DNA of 63,893 nt, filler included, from Conidiobolus incongruus B7586 (taxonomy: Eukaryota): NCBI GenBank assembly GCA_000697335.1. It is 8 parts of 8 records of this genome, joined end to end, with 100 filler letters (N's around TTAATTAATTAA, not from the genome) between each part and the next. Parts side by side here need not be neighbours in the genome. Positions count along the whole stretch, not along the records: positions 16,423 to 28,120 come from JNEM01006633.1; positions 28,221 to 59,162 come from JNEM01006634.1; 6 more parts are not named here. One strand, written 5' to 3'. Made by a program: the position numbers and the translations under genes. The number at the start of each line of letters is the position of its first letter. Position 1 is the stretch's first letter. Of the stretch, positions 25,343 to 36,230 are shown piece after piece. The notes beneath the pieces were generated by a model, which had not been told where the DNA came from, made no database searches, and saw only the letters and a list, made by a program, of their open reading frames with translations.

Positions 25343-26925
25343 TTACTTTATATTTTTAATAATAGGAATTTTTTGTGATTAAAAATAAATAAACATTTGA
25401 ATATATGATATATAAAAATAAATATATAATATAAATTTTATTGTTTCTTTTATTATTAATAACTTTTTGCTATACTTTTAACAAACTTCTAACATTTAAA
25501 AAACAGTTCTTTTTATTAAAGACTGAAATTTAATGTTTTACAAACCAATTAAATTTTCCTATAGAAATTTTCTTTCCTATAAGCTGGTTTTTTAATTGCC
25601 TAAAGCAATTATAATTATATAGGTTATAATCAAAGGAATATACTAGATATGGTAGTTTTTTCCAGTTATTTTTAATTAGAAAGTTTTTTACAGCTTTAGA
25701 TTTATGTATTTTACAATTATCATGTAAAATAATAGGTTTTCTTAAATTATATTGAGAACACCAATTAAAAATACTTTTATTTAAAAAAGTAATATATAGT
25801 TTACTATTAATAAATTTTCCTTCAGGAACTAAATAAGAATAGTATATACTATTATAATCTATTATAATAATTAACATTTGTTTATTAATAAAATGTTTAT
25901 TTAAAGGGATTTGTAAAGGGGGTTGATTTAGCTTAATCTAGCATCTTGATATGTGTTTTAGTAAAGGATTATATATAAGAATCTAATATTCATCAATTGT
26001 AATTATTCACTGTAAAAGTTTAAGCTTCTAGTAATATTTCAATAAGTTTTTATTTAACAATAGCTACTCTAGCTTTTTTGTAAGCTTTAGTTAAATTATA
26101 AAGTACCCATTTTATATTTTTATTTATTAATTTTAGTTTAAACTTTAAAATATATAAAACACTTATAAAACTAATATTAAAGTGCTTAGATAATTCTCTA
26201 GCTGAAATAAAAAGGTGCTTTTCAATATATTTTTTCACTTTATTTATAATTGAAAGAATAATAGTTAAAGTTAGTCTTTTAAATTTTAGCAGGTTTTGAA
26301 TAGTTTCTCTCTTAGCCTTAAAGTAATTTACCTAGCAATAAATTGTTGATTTAGATAATACTTTATTACCAAAAGCTGCTTGTAAATTTTGAATAATTTT
26401 AGAGGGTTTATAGTTAAGTTTTAATAATACCAAAATAAAAAACTTATGATAATTACTATTTGGTTTAAGTATGATTAAATTAAACAACCTGTTAAGAAAC
26501 TAGTTCTTTAAATTCTTATATATACTTTCATACAATCCAATTAACTATAAATTATATGATTAATTTATACTTATATAATTAAATTAATTGTATAAATAGT
26601 ATTAAATTATCTAATAAACTAGGTCCTTTTTTTTCCTCTGAATTCTTACTATCTTTACTTTTACACTATTTCTAAAATTAAAACTATATTTTATTGATAT
26701 TGTAGAATATTGGCACTACCTAATATAAATCTTAATATATCAGTGACTCATCCTAGTTTGAAGCTTAATTAAACTTTGTTTACACTTGCACACTACAGCC
26801 ACATTATATTACTATGTTCTGCACCACACTACTTTTATATTAAGTCTTCCTCTACACTATATTAGTTTAACTACCACTATACTTACACAACCAATTTTAA
26901 AAAGTTAATTTTTTAATTAAAAAAA

Positions 26926-26971
<46 letters not shown>

Positions 26972-27076
26972 ATATAATTTCCTATTAACTTTGTATATAT
27001 TTATTTATTTCAAATTAATAATATATTTGAAAAATTAAAAATTAAAAAATTTCCCATTATTTTAAATTTAAGGTAA
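25343..27076 (-). mobile_element. Mariner (second subfamily) inserted in the gypsy RT domain
   Basis: TA at 25341-25342 and 27077-27078, with TIRs. ORF remnants IILHDNCKIHK and YSFDYNLYNYNCF (25530-25877). Carries a solo LTR. Confidence 0.88.
26490..26887 (+). mobile_element. Solo LTR (family LTR-A) inside the mariner
   Basis: TGTTAAG...CTTACA with a perfect 5-bp TSD CAACC (26485-26489, 26888-26892). The empty site ttaaacaac(t)aattttaaaa is seen in sister mariners at ~60551. Confidence 0.92.
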
Positions 27077-27697
27077 TATTAATATATAGTTTCTAACCAC
27101 TATTAGCTTTTTTTATAAAGAAGATTAGAGATTTTTATAGTGAGGGAGAAGGTTTAATATACCTATTTTTAAGTAGTTTTTAGATTTCTTCTGTTAAAGT
27201 ATAATATTGTTCAAGAAATAAATGGTAAATAAACTTTAAGTATATTTGTATATTAAAGAGTAATTTAATTTTATACTTAATATTATATTTAAAAGGTAAT
27301 TTATCTACAGATTCAAAAACATTAGAAAATTAACTTATTATATTATATAGGAAGTGGTTATTAGATATAACTTTATTAAAATCAACAGATAAAATATTAA
27401 TAGATGAGTAATAAACAAATATATATCTTTATAAATTATTAAGGTTTTTAATTAGTTTTTTACATTGATTTTTGTTTATAATAATAGAATTATTTGTTAC
27501 AATTATAAACTTAGTGTTAGGTATAATATTTAATAGTTTTATAGTAGGGTAATATAAATTTTTTGAGATTAATTCTATTAATTTCTTTTAGAATATGAAA
27601 AAAATAAATTTGTATCTTTTTAGGGTAATATTCATAGATATAAAACTATGATATTTAAACTAATTTTAACCTAGTATAAAATTATAACTAATGTTAC

Positions 27698-28120
27698 TGT
27701 TAAGAGACTAGTTCTCTAAATTCTTATATACACTTTATATAATCCAATTAACTATAAATTATATGATTAATTTATACTTATATAGTTAAATTAATTGTAT
27801 AAATAGTATTAAATTATCTAATAAACTAGGTTCCTCTTTTTTCCTCTCAATTCTTACTATTTTTTACCTTTACACTATTTCTAAGATTGAGACTATATTC
27901 TGTCGATATTGTAGGATATTGGCACTACCTAATATAAATCTTAATATATCGGTGACTCATCCTAGTTCGAAGCTTAATTAAACTTTGTTTACACTTGCAC
28001 GCTACAGCCACGTTATATTACCACGTTCTGCGCCACACTACTTTTATATTAAGTCTTCCTCTGCACTATATTGGTTTAACTACCACTATGCTTACATGGT
28101 AGCAGCAACAAAACTATTAA
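27698..28120 (+). mobile_element. 5' LTR (27698-28096) and primer-binding site of a younger LTR-A element; runs into a gap
   Basis: TGTTAAG...CTTACA followed immediately by TGGTAGCAGC, complementary to the 3' end (..GCUACCA) of initiator tRNA-Met. CpGs intact. Confidence 0.88.
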
Positions 28121-28220
28121 NNNNNNNNNNNNNNNNNNNNNNNNNNNNNNNNNNNNNNNNNNNNTTAATTAATTAANNNNNNNNNNNNNNNNNNNNNNNN
28201 NNNNNNNNNNNNNNNNNNNN

Positions 28221-28288
28221 AAGTTAATAAATATAAATAAATATATATATATAATTTTTATTTTATAACTTAACTTTATAAGTTAATA
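28221..28288. mobile_element. Decayed Tc1-like terminal repeat fragment
   Basis: tttttattttataacttaactttataagttaatata resembles the Tc1 terminus at 16091-16126. Confidence 0.45.
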
Positions 28289-31005
28289 TATATTTATATT
28301 ATAATTTCTATTTAAAATATTAAATTTCAAGTTTATTATAAAATAATATATCATTTTATATATTAATTTATTAACTCTTTTGAAAGTATTAAATTTTGAA
28401 TTTTTTTATCTAAAATTTATAATAAACTTCAGTGAATATTTTAATAAATAAATAAACATTATATTATTATTAATAGATTTACCCTCTTTATATAATATCT
28501 TAAAATATTATATTATAAAAAAATAAACTTTTAAGCATTTCCTGATTAATATTTAAAATTAAATTTTATTATCAATAATCATCGTTATTTTAAACATATG
28601 GAGTTCAAAGAGTTTAAAAAAATTAATACCAATGCCAATCTCAAAATACTTGCTTATTTAATATTAAGATAGTAAAAGAGTATGTAATTAATGTTATTAT
28701 TGTCTTGACTTATTCTTAGGTAATATTGAGGATATTTCAAAATAACTTTTGATCTACATTATATATATAAATACTAATTATTATTATATAATTTATATAT
28801 TTAATAATTATTTTAAATGATTAATTTTATTAAATATATTGATTTTACCCAACTTCTAGTTAAATCTTTAACAAACCCGTCATAGTATTGCGCTTATATT
28901 TTAACTTAAATATTTTTATTGACTATTTTGATTATACTTTATATCGTAAATATCTGTAATAAAATAATAACTATATGAATTAATTTGATATTTGTCTAAT
29001 TAATTTATCGAATTAAAAATTTTTTCCCTAATTTTTTAAATAATTGTCATGATTTTTTATTTATGATATAATTCCTTCTAAATTTATTTTTTAATTAAAA
29101 AATATAACTATAACAAAAACTCTTCCTAATATTTTTTTAAATTTATTCCTTTTATTAACTTGGTTGTTATTCTATATTTCCATTAATATGAAAACATAAA
29201 TAATATAATCAATAAACTATGGTTTTCAAAAATAACAATAGTAATTAAGGCTATTATATAAAGCTTTAGAATATTAGATTAATATATTTTTATGATAAAA
29301 AAATAAAAAATCCTCCTTATTGAATACTAATAGTAAATAACTCTTTATTCAAGTTTATTTAATTAAATAAAATAATTTCAAATATTCAGGTTAATATTAT
29401 ATGGTTTGAAGAAATTATTTAAAACAATATTTAAAATAACATAAAATATTTTAAATATTGATTAGTTTATATTCTTAAAGAGTTATATAATCAATTTTTT
29501 AATTATTTATTCTATCTTAATATATAATATACGATGTTTTATATTTATTGATAGATTGAATGATTATTTATTTTATTGCATTAAATATATTGATATTTGC
29601 TTGGCTTGATTAATGAAAAATATATTATCCACCTTTTATACTAGATTTTTTTATAAGTTATATAAATTGTTTTTGTTATTTATAAACAATGATGATATAA
29701 TATTTTATTATAAATTATTAAATAATATAAATTAATATTTAATAAATTCTTTGATTAAATTATGCATTTTGATATCTTAATTTAGAATTAATACTTTTAT
29801 AATATTGTCTGAAAAAAATCAGAGAAATGAAATCTATAATATCAAAATAAGTTTTTGTGGGTAATATAATTTAGAGAAAGTTTTCTTATATGTTGCTTTA
29901 ATAGAGCTTTGAAGGAATGAAATTTAAAATTAAATTTTGATTCAACCTGAATTGTTTAATATTCTGGTAACCTTATTTTGAAATATTAGACCTGTTATTT
30001 AAGGTCTTATTTTTGGTGGTTTAAAAATATTTTTTGAGGTATATTTTTTAGATTGGATATTGCTTTCTCCTGGATTTAAAAGTTATTTGTAATTAAAGTT
30101 TAAGTAGAACTTGTATCAACCTGGAGTTCGTATGGTTCTAACCTTTCTTAATTTATCTCAATATCTAAAATTGCTTAATAATAATACAACTTGTTTTATA
30201 TTCAGGAGGCAAAAATATTAACAGAATTATTGATATTGGACTTAGGATGCCAATAATCCGTTTAGTGCTATACTTTTTGAACCTAACAACTATTACAAAA
30301 GAATATACAAGTATCTGTGTTGCAACTGGTAAAATATCTAGGCCTTGATTAAATATTGATAGGTATGCTCAGAAACAATGGTGATTCCATAAAAAGTTAA
30401 CAAATTTTGGAAAAATATAATGTATAGTAAGTCTACTGTGTATTTCTAAATTATATCATGATATATTTAATATCAATTAATTTAAAATATTATAGATTGA
30501 CATTAGATATTTAAATTTATATCAAAAATCAAATAATTTAACAAAACAAAAATGATAAATAATTTAAATTGAATCAATATGATAAATTAAAAAATCTAAA
30601 TATTAATTAATGTGAATGATGCATATATATTACAAAGTTTTGATCATATGATGAAGAATATTTGTTAAGCTCGCCACGATGCAACCAATCCATTACGTCT
30701 GAAACTTAATACCGCATAAATTCAATTTAACTCAACCTCTTTCGAATTTTGAATTAGGCCTTAAATGGAAGTTTGCACCTTCGACTTGAATGAATTGATT
30801 GCGTATCCAATCATATTAAAAAATCAAATATCGTTCTATCTATTCCATGTCTTTAAATGAAATATCAGTATTGAGAATAGGATGATATATAAATATATGA
30901 CAATATTCTCACATAATATTTTCAAGATATAACATGTTATAATTATTCAATCCGACTATATATTAGCTTAATCGATTCAAATATCATTATACTCATTCTA
31001 ATACA

Positions 31006-32433
31006 ATGAAATTAACTCACTTAACTTGGGTTTTCACCGTGTTAAATAATATCTCTAAAATTGTAGCTATTCCTCAAGATAGCAGTCCAATAACAGTTCA
31101 TGGAGAAGATTCCGCTCGTAAGGAAGCTGTAAAGAGAGCGTTCCTCCATGCATGGAAAGGCTATAAGGACTATGCTTGGGGATCTGATGAAGTCCGTCCA
31201 ATTAGTAAAGCAAAGGTGAATGATCGTTTCCAGGGATGGGGTGTCACCATTGTTGATTCTCTTTCCACTTTATGGCTTATGGACTTGAAGGATGAATTTC
31301 GCGAAGCTGTTGATAAAATCAGAGATGTCGATTTCACCAAGACCGATCGTCCTGTGATTACCTTCGAGACTAATATCAGATATTTAGGAGGGTTAATCAG
31401 TGCCTATGATTTATCTGGAGAGCGTGTACTTTTAGATAAAGCCAGACAACTTGCTGACAAGATGATGATAATGTTTGATTCTCCTTCTGGCTATCCATGG
31501 GGTGCAGTTGATTTCCGTACAAACAGACCTGCTAGTGGAGAAACTGTATCGTTGGCAGAAATTGGAACAGTTCAGTTAGAGTTCACACGTTTGAGTCAGA
31601 TTACTGGTGATCGAAAATATGCTGATAAGTCACAAAAAGTGTTTGATACTTTGGACAAATTACATAAAGAGAGGACTGGTTTGTATCCTATCTGGTTGAA
31701 TATCAATACTGGTCAATTTGCGACTAAGGAAGTCACATTTGGAGCTGTTGGTGACAGCTTCTACGAGTATTTGATCAAGCTTTATGCTCTTGAAAACAAA
31801 AAGAATGACCAATGGAAGCGTATGTATTTGGAAACTGTTCAAGGTTTCAAGACACTAGTTCGTGATGGCTACCAAGGAGCTAAATACTTTGGTAAATTAG
31901 ATGGAAATGGAAACTTCCGTAATGAAATGGATCATCTCTCATTGTTCATGGGAGGTTTACTTCAATATGGTGACTATGTACTAGGTACCAAAGAAAACTC
32001 TCAACTTGGTTTGGATATTACTGAAACTGGTTATACATTCTACTCTCAATCAAAGACAGGGTTATCTCCAGACAATGTTCGCTTCTACACTGACAGACCT
32101 TTGGAATTCACTAATGGACTTTGGTACTTGAGACCCGAATTAATGGAATCCCTCTTCTATTCCTACAGATTCACTCATGATAATAAGTACAGAGATAAAG
32201 CTTGGACCATTTTCCAAGCCTTGGAAAAATACTCCAAGACTGATATTGCTTACGCCTGTTACAATGATGTAAACAATGCTGACAAGCCTGGTCAACAGAA
32301 GGATGTTATGGAAAGCTTCTTCTTCGCCGAGCTATTGAAATACTTGTATCTCATTTTTGCAGATGACAGTGTTATTGATTTGAATGAATTTGTCTTCAAT
32401 ACTGAAGCTCATCCATTACGTATTGAGAATTAA
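31006..32433 (+). CDS. Glycoside hydrolase family 47 alpha-1,2-mannosidase, likely secreted
   Basis: Motifs FLHAWKGY..AWGSDE, GWGVTIVDSLSTL, FETNIRYLGGL, AEIGTVQLEF, DSFYEYL, LRPELMES, MESFFFAELLKYLYL and FNTEAHP; N-terminal signal-like sequence; intronless. Confidence 0.95.
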   Translation: MKLTHLTWVFTVLNNISKIVAIPQDSSPITVHGEDSARKEAVKRAFLHAWKGYKDYAWGSDEVRPISKAKVNDRFQGWGVTIVDSLSTLWLMDLKDEFREAVDKIRDVDFTKTDRPVITFETNIRYLGGLISAYDLSGERVLLDKARQLADKMMIMFDSPSGYPWGAVDFRTNRPASGETVSLAEIGTVQLEFTRLSQITGDRKYADKSQKVFDTLDKLHKERTGLYPIWLNINTGQFATKEVTFGAVGDSFYEYLIKLYALENKKNDQWKRMYLETVQGFKTLVRDGYQGAKYFGKLDGNGNFRNEMDHLSLFMGGLLQYGDYVLGTKENSQLGLDITETGYTFYSQSKTGLSPDNVRFYTDRPLEFTNGLWYLRPELMESLFYSYRFTHDNKYRDKAWTIFQALEKYSKTDIAYACYNDVNNADKPGQQKDVMESFFFAELLKYLYLIFADDSVIDLNEFVFNTEAHPLRIEN

Positions 32434-32923
32434 TTTTTATTTCTCATTATTATTTTTTCATATTTGTAATATTATTAATAAACAATTTGTCAAATTATTT
32501 AATGTTTTTAGTTATTATTCATTATCGAATTTAACTGACATTGAGATTCTATTTAATTTTATTACAGCTTTATAATCAATAAAAATAATTTCAAAGTTGT
32601 AAAAATTCTATCCAATAATTGTGTTAAAATATATTACTAGAATTCAAAATCATAATCATTATTCTGTCATATTTGTGATATCTAATAAATTATTACATTA
32701 AACCTTAATTTGTGTTCTTAATACTATAATTAGGTTTGAAAGTTTTAATATTATCGAGTTGATATATAATATACAAAAATTATAACTATAAAAAGTTAAT
32801 GAAATGAACTAATAAATATGATATACCAAGTTATAGCAATCTAAAAAAATAAAAATAAATTGGTATTTAATGATGATTATACATTCAAATAAGAAATATG
32901 ATATCTATATTTCATATCCAAAT

Positions 32924-32996
32924 TGCTATCGCCCGGGATCGAACCGAGGACCTTCTGCGTGTAAAGCAGATGTGATAACCACTACACAACGACAGC
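32924..32996 (-). tRNA. tRNA-Val (anticodon TAC)
   Basis: Cloverleaf: acceptor gctgtcg/cgatagc, D-loop TAGTGGT, anticodon arm tctgc-ttTACac-gcaga, T-loop GTTCGAT; 73 nt. Confidence 0.95.
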
Positions 32997-33006
32997 TTGT
33001 TTTAAG

Positions 33007-33562
33007 TGTCACGGTTATTAGCTCTTGGAGCGTCATTGAGGACACTGACACAGCCATTCTGTAGGCCAGATTGTGAAACATGATACCTACCAGCTGGGGT
33101 AAACTACCAATGATCAGATCTCTGGCTATTCGGCCTTGATCACTTGTAAATGGGGCTTTGTACAGAGCGACTAGACCAGCAGCAACAGTGGCGGCGTTAG
33201 GATCCGACATGCTAAAAGATGGAATCAAGGAATATCAATAGGAACGGGTTTAGAAGGATTAGTGTAAAATGACTCAAGTGGAACTATAAGCAGTTACTTG
33301 AGTATACCAAAAGGGTTGGCTTTGGATGTAGGAAAAAGGTTTATTAATGTAAGAAAGTAAGGTAAGAGAGAGAGATCAAGAAGGGAGCCGAGCCCTTCTT
33401 ATACTTAAGTGAAATATATAGGCATAAGTATGCACGGATGAGTAACAGTGAGGTCACTCAGACGTGGACTGGTAAAATGTTGATAAGGCCTAATTTGGTT
33501 AATCAGGTACTTAATAGTGAATTGGAGTGAAGAAAGGTATCAATTAGGTAGCAATCGTCACA
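33007..33562 (-). mobile_element. Solo LTR (556 bp, family LTR-B) 10 bp upstream of tRNA-Val
   Basis: TGTCACGG...TCGTCACA imperfect terminal inverted repeats; perfect 5-bp TSD TTAAG (33002-33006, 33563-33567). Minus strand has a TATA-like element, a hairpin at 33378-33400 and an open frame from ATG 33210 to the LTR end. Confidence 0.85.
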
Positions 33563-34766
33563 TTAAGGAATTGATTTATTTTTAATTCACCAATTTATTT
33601 TGAAGCCACAATATTTTATTCTATAAACTTGTTTAATTAAATTTTTTTAATTAATTTTTGTTCTATTCAACTTTATTTTGCATATTTCTTATCATTGTTC
33701 TTCTACTCTACATTATGATCCATTTATCCACACATAATTACATTCTATCATTTAATTCCTTACAATTGTATATCAAGAAATTTGCAACATTTTTAATTAA
33801 TTGAACTCACGATTTAATCTTAAGATTTTACGTAATCATTAATACAGATAATTTCCTTGAAATCATCGTTTGAAAATTACATGTCTATAAGTCGACTTAA
33901 TCGATTTATTTACAATTTACTGATTTGAAAACATAAAATATTTTTAATTTGCCAAATAACAATTATTTCAAAAATAATTTAAAAAATAACTATTTATGAT
34001 ATCGTTAATAGGACTTTATATCTTACCAACTATTGATATACATTCAATTTTTCAAGAATTATTACCAATATTTTGAAAAATTGCAATTGACATAAATTAT
34101 TTTAGATATTATTGTAATTGTATAATTATCTCCACTAATCACAAAGTGCATTTTTGTATATTGCCAGGATATTGACTGGATCAATATAATTTAATAAATC
34201 ATTAACGAGACTAATTACAACTAATTAAAAGGGTTAATGGATATAATATGTAAGGAGCAATAATTTAGTTATGTTCACAATACTCTATATTAATTGATAT
34301 TCTTATTATTATTATTTCTAAAGAAATTTGCAATTATCGTATGATAATTTTAATATTTTAGGTGTAGTATTGTATGGGTAGAAATTTGAAAATAGTTATT
34401 CAATATAATAAAATTATGTTAGAAATACCTATTCAAAATATATTAGATATCTATTACTGTTAAATCATTTTAAAATTTAAGGTTCAAGAACCGTCTCAAA
34501 AGATTTAAATTATGTTATCATTCAATTAAATTCCGGATTTTAAATCAATCCCTCAAGTTGAATAATTACAATTTAACCAATTTAAACCCAAATATTAAAT
34601 TAGTAATATTAAACAAAATGGTGGTTAAATTACCATTAACAAATTACATGCCATAATGTATAAATATCACATACAATTTGAAAAAATGAGTGAAGTGGCA
34701 TTAATTCACTTTTGAAAGATTAATTCAATTGTAAAGAATATCAGTTTTGACAGTCACATAATAAGA

Positions 34767-36230
34767 ATGATAATAAAGAATCTTATATTATTTTCTTTTA
34801 TCAATTTAGCCAATTTCAATCAAGTCACAGCAAGTCCTGCAAACTATAAATTTCTCGAAACCTTCCACCACCAGAAGGCTGATGTGAACCTTTTGGGAGA
34901 GCAGGAAGATTATATCAAGAAGGAAGCTGTGAAGCGCGCTTTCCTACATGCTTGGAATGGCTATAAAAAGTACGCTTGGGGTCACGACGAAGTCAGACCT
35001 ATCTCTAATCGTAGTGTATCTGATCGTTTTCAGGGTTGGGGTGTAACGATTGTCGATTCGTTGTCAACCCTGTGGCTTATGGACCTCAAAGAAGAATTCT
35101 ATGAAGCTGTCGCTAGAGTGGATGATGTTGATTTTACAAAGACAGATCGTCCTGTAATCACCTTTGAAACCAACATCAGATACCTTGGAGGTCTGATATC
35201 AGCTTACGATCTTTCCCACGAATCTATACTATTAGAAAAAGCTAAAAGTTTAGCAGACAAAATGATGCTCATGTTTAATTCGCCATCAGGGTACCCGTAT
35301 GGCGCTATTGATTTCCGCGACAATCGTCCCGCTAGTGGTAATACAGTGAACTTAGCAGAAATTGGAACTGTTCAATTGGAATTTACCAGATTGAGTCAGA
35401 TAACTAAGGATCCTAAATATGCTAGGGCAGCTCAGAAGGTCTTTGATACATTGGACAAGCTTCCTAAGGCTCAAAAGGGCCTCTACCCAATTTGGTTGGA
35501 TATTAACACTGGAAGATTTGTTACTAAGGAAGTGACCTTTGGTGCAGCTGGTGATAGTTTCTACGAATATTTGATCAAGTTGCACGCTTTGACCAATGGC
35601 GAAAACGGTCAATGGAAGCGTATGTATTTAGAATCCGTCGAAGGCTTCAAGACTTTGGTGCGTACCGGTCACAACGGTCTCAAGTACTTTGGAAGACTTA
35701 ATGGTAATGGCGATTTCGAACAAACTATGGATCATTTATCTCTATTCATGGGAGGACTCCTCCAATACGGTGACTTCATCCTCAATACCAAAGACAACTC
35801 TCAACTTGGTCTCGATCTCACAGAAACCGGGTATCAATTCTATGCCCAGGCCAAGACTGGATTAGCACCTGACAATGTACGCTGGCACAATAACCGTCCA
35901 TTGGAATTCATCAACAGCCTTAACTACCTACGCCCCGAGCTCCTCGAATCTCTCTTCTATTCGTGGCGATTTACCCACCGCAAAGAATACCGTGACAAAG
36001 CTTGGTCCATCTTTGTTGCTTTGGAAAAGTACAGTCGCACCAACACAGCATTCGCATGTTATGGCGATGTGAACAACCTTGACAAGAGCAGACAACAAGT
36101 TGATGTTATGGAGAGTTTCTTCTTAGCTGAAACTTTGAAATATCTATATCTCATCTTTTCTAAAGACAGTGTCTTGGACTTAAATCAGTGGGTCTTCAAT
36201 ACCGAAGCTCATCCATTGCGAATTCCATAA
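34767..36230 (+). CDS. GH47 alpha-1,2-mannosidase, likely secreted (paralog 2)
   Basis: Same GH47 motifs; hydrophobic N-terminus MIIKNLILFSFINLANF; intronless. Confidence 0.95.
   Translation: MIIKNLILFSFINLANFNQVTASPANYKFLETFHHQKADVNLLGEQEDYIKKEAVKRAFLHAWNGYKKYAWGHDEVRPISNRSVSDRFQGWGVTIVDSLSTLWLMDLKEEFYEAVARVDDVDFTKTDRPVITFETNIRYLGGLISAYDLSHESILLEKAKSLADKMMLMFNSPSGYPYGAIDFRDNRPASGNTVNLAEIGTVQLEFTRLSQITKDPKYARAAQKVFDTLDKLPKAQKGLYPIWLDINTGRFVTKEVTFGAAGDSFYEYLIKLHALTNGENGQWKRMYLESVEGFKTLVRTGHNGLKYFGRLNGNGDFEQTMDHLSLFMGGLLQYGDFILNTKDNSQLGLDLTETGYQFYAQAKTGLAPDNVRWHNNRPLEFINSLNYLRPELLESLFYSWRFTHRKEYRDKAWSIFVALEKYSRTNTAFACYGDVNNLDKSRQQVDVMESFFLAETLKYLYLIFSKDSVLDLNQWVFNTEAHPLRIP

Larger units (their letters stand above)
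22223..27697 (-). mobile_element. Degenerate Ty3/gypsy chromovirus: 3' LTR 22223-22617, PPT, chromodomain-integrase, RNase H and RT; interrupted by a mariner and by a second LTR element
   Basis: Minus-strand translation shows a chromodomain (EEKYYINYII..LYFYVK*IGYP..I*EPLENI, ~22700-22825) and RT (KLDIKNRYYNI..ITYFNNILIY, the YFDD motif mutated, ~25031-25053). PPT aggggag abuts the LTR. The RT frame rejoins across the 25343-27076 insertion. Confidence 0.88.

Noticed and set aside
27985..28176. 63-aa ORF
   Set aside because: Lies within an LTR and runs into Ns.
29800..30440. Slightly GC-richer stretches that look like eroded coding DNA (also ~4000-4430, ~12350-12680, ~36420-37500)
   Set aside because: No identifiable motif or sustained frame; possible old pseudogenes but unsupported.
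32870..33228. ORFs overlapping tRNA-Val
   Set aside because: Shadow ORFs across the tRNA and LTR; only the LTR-internal part may be a gag start.
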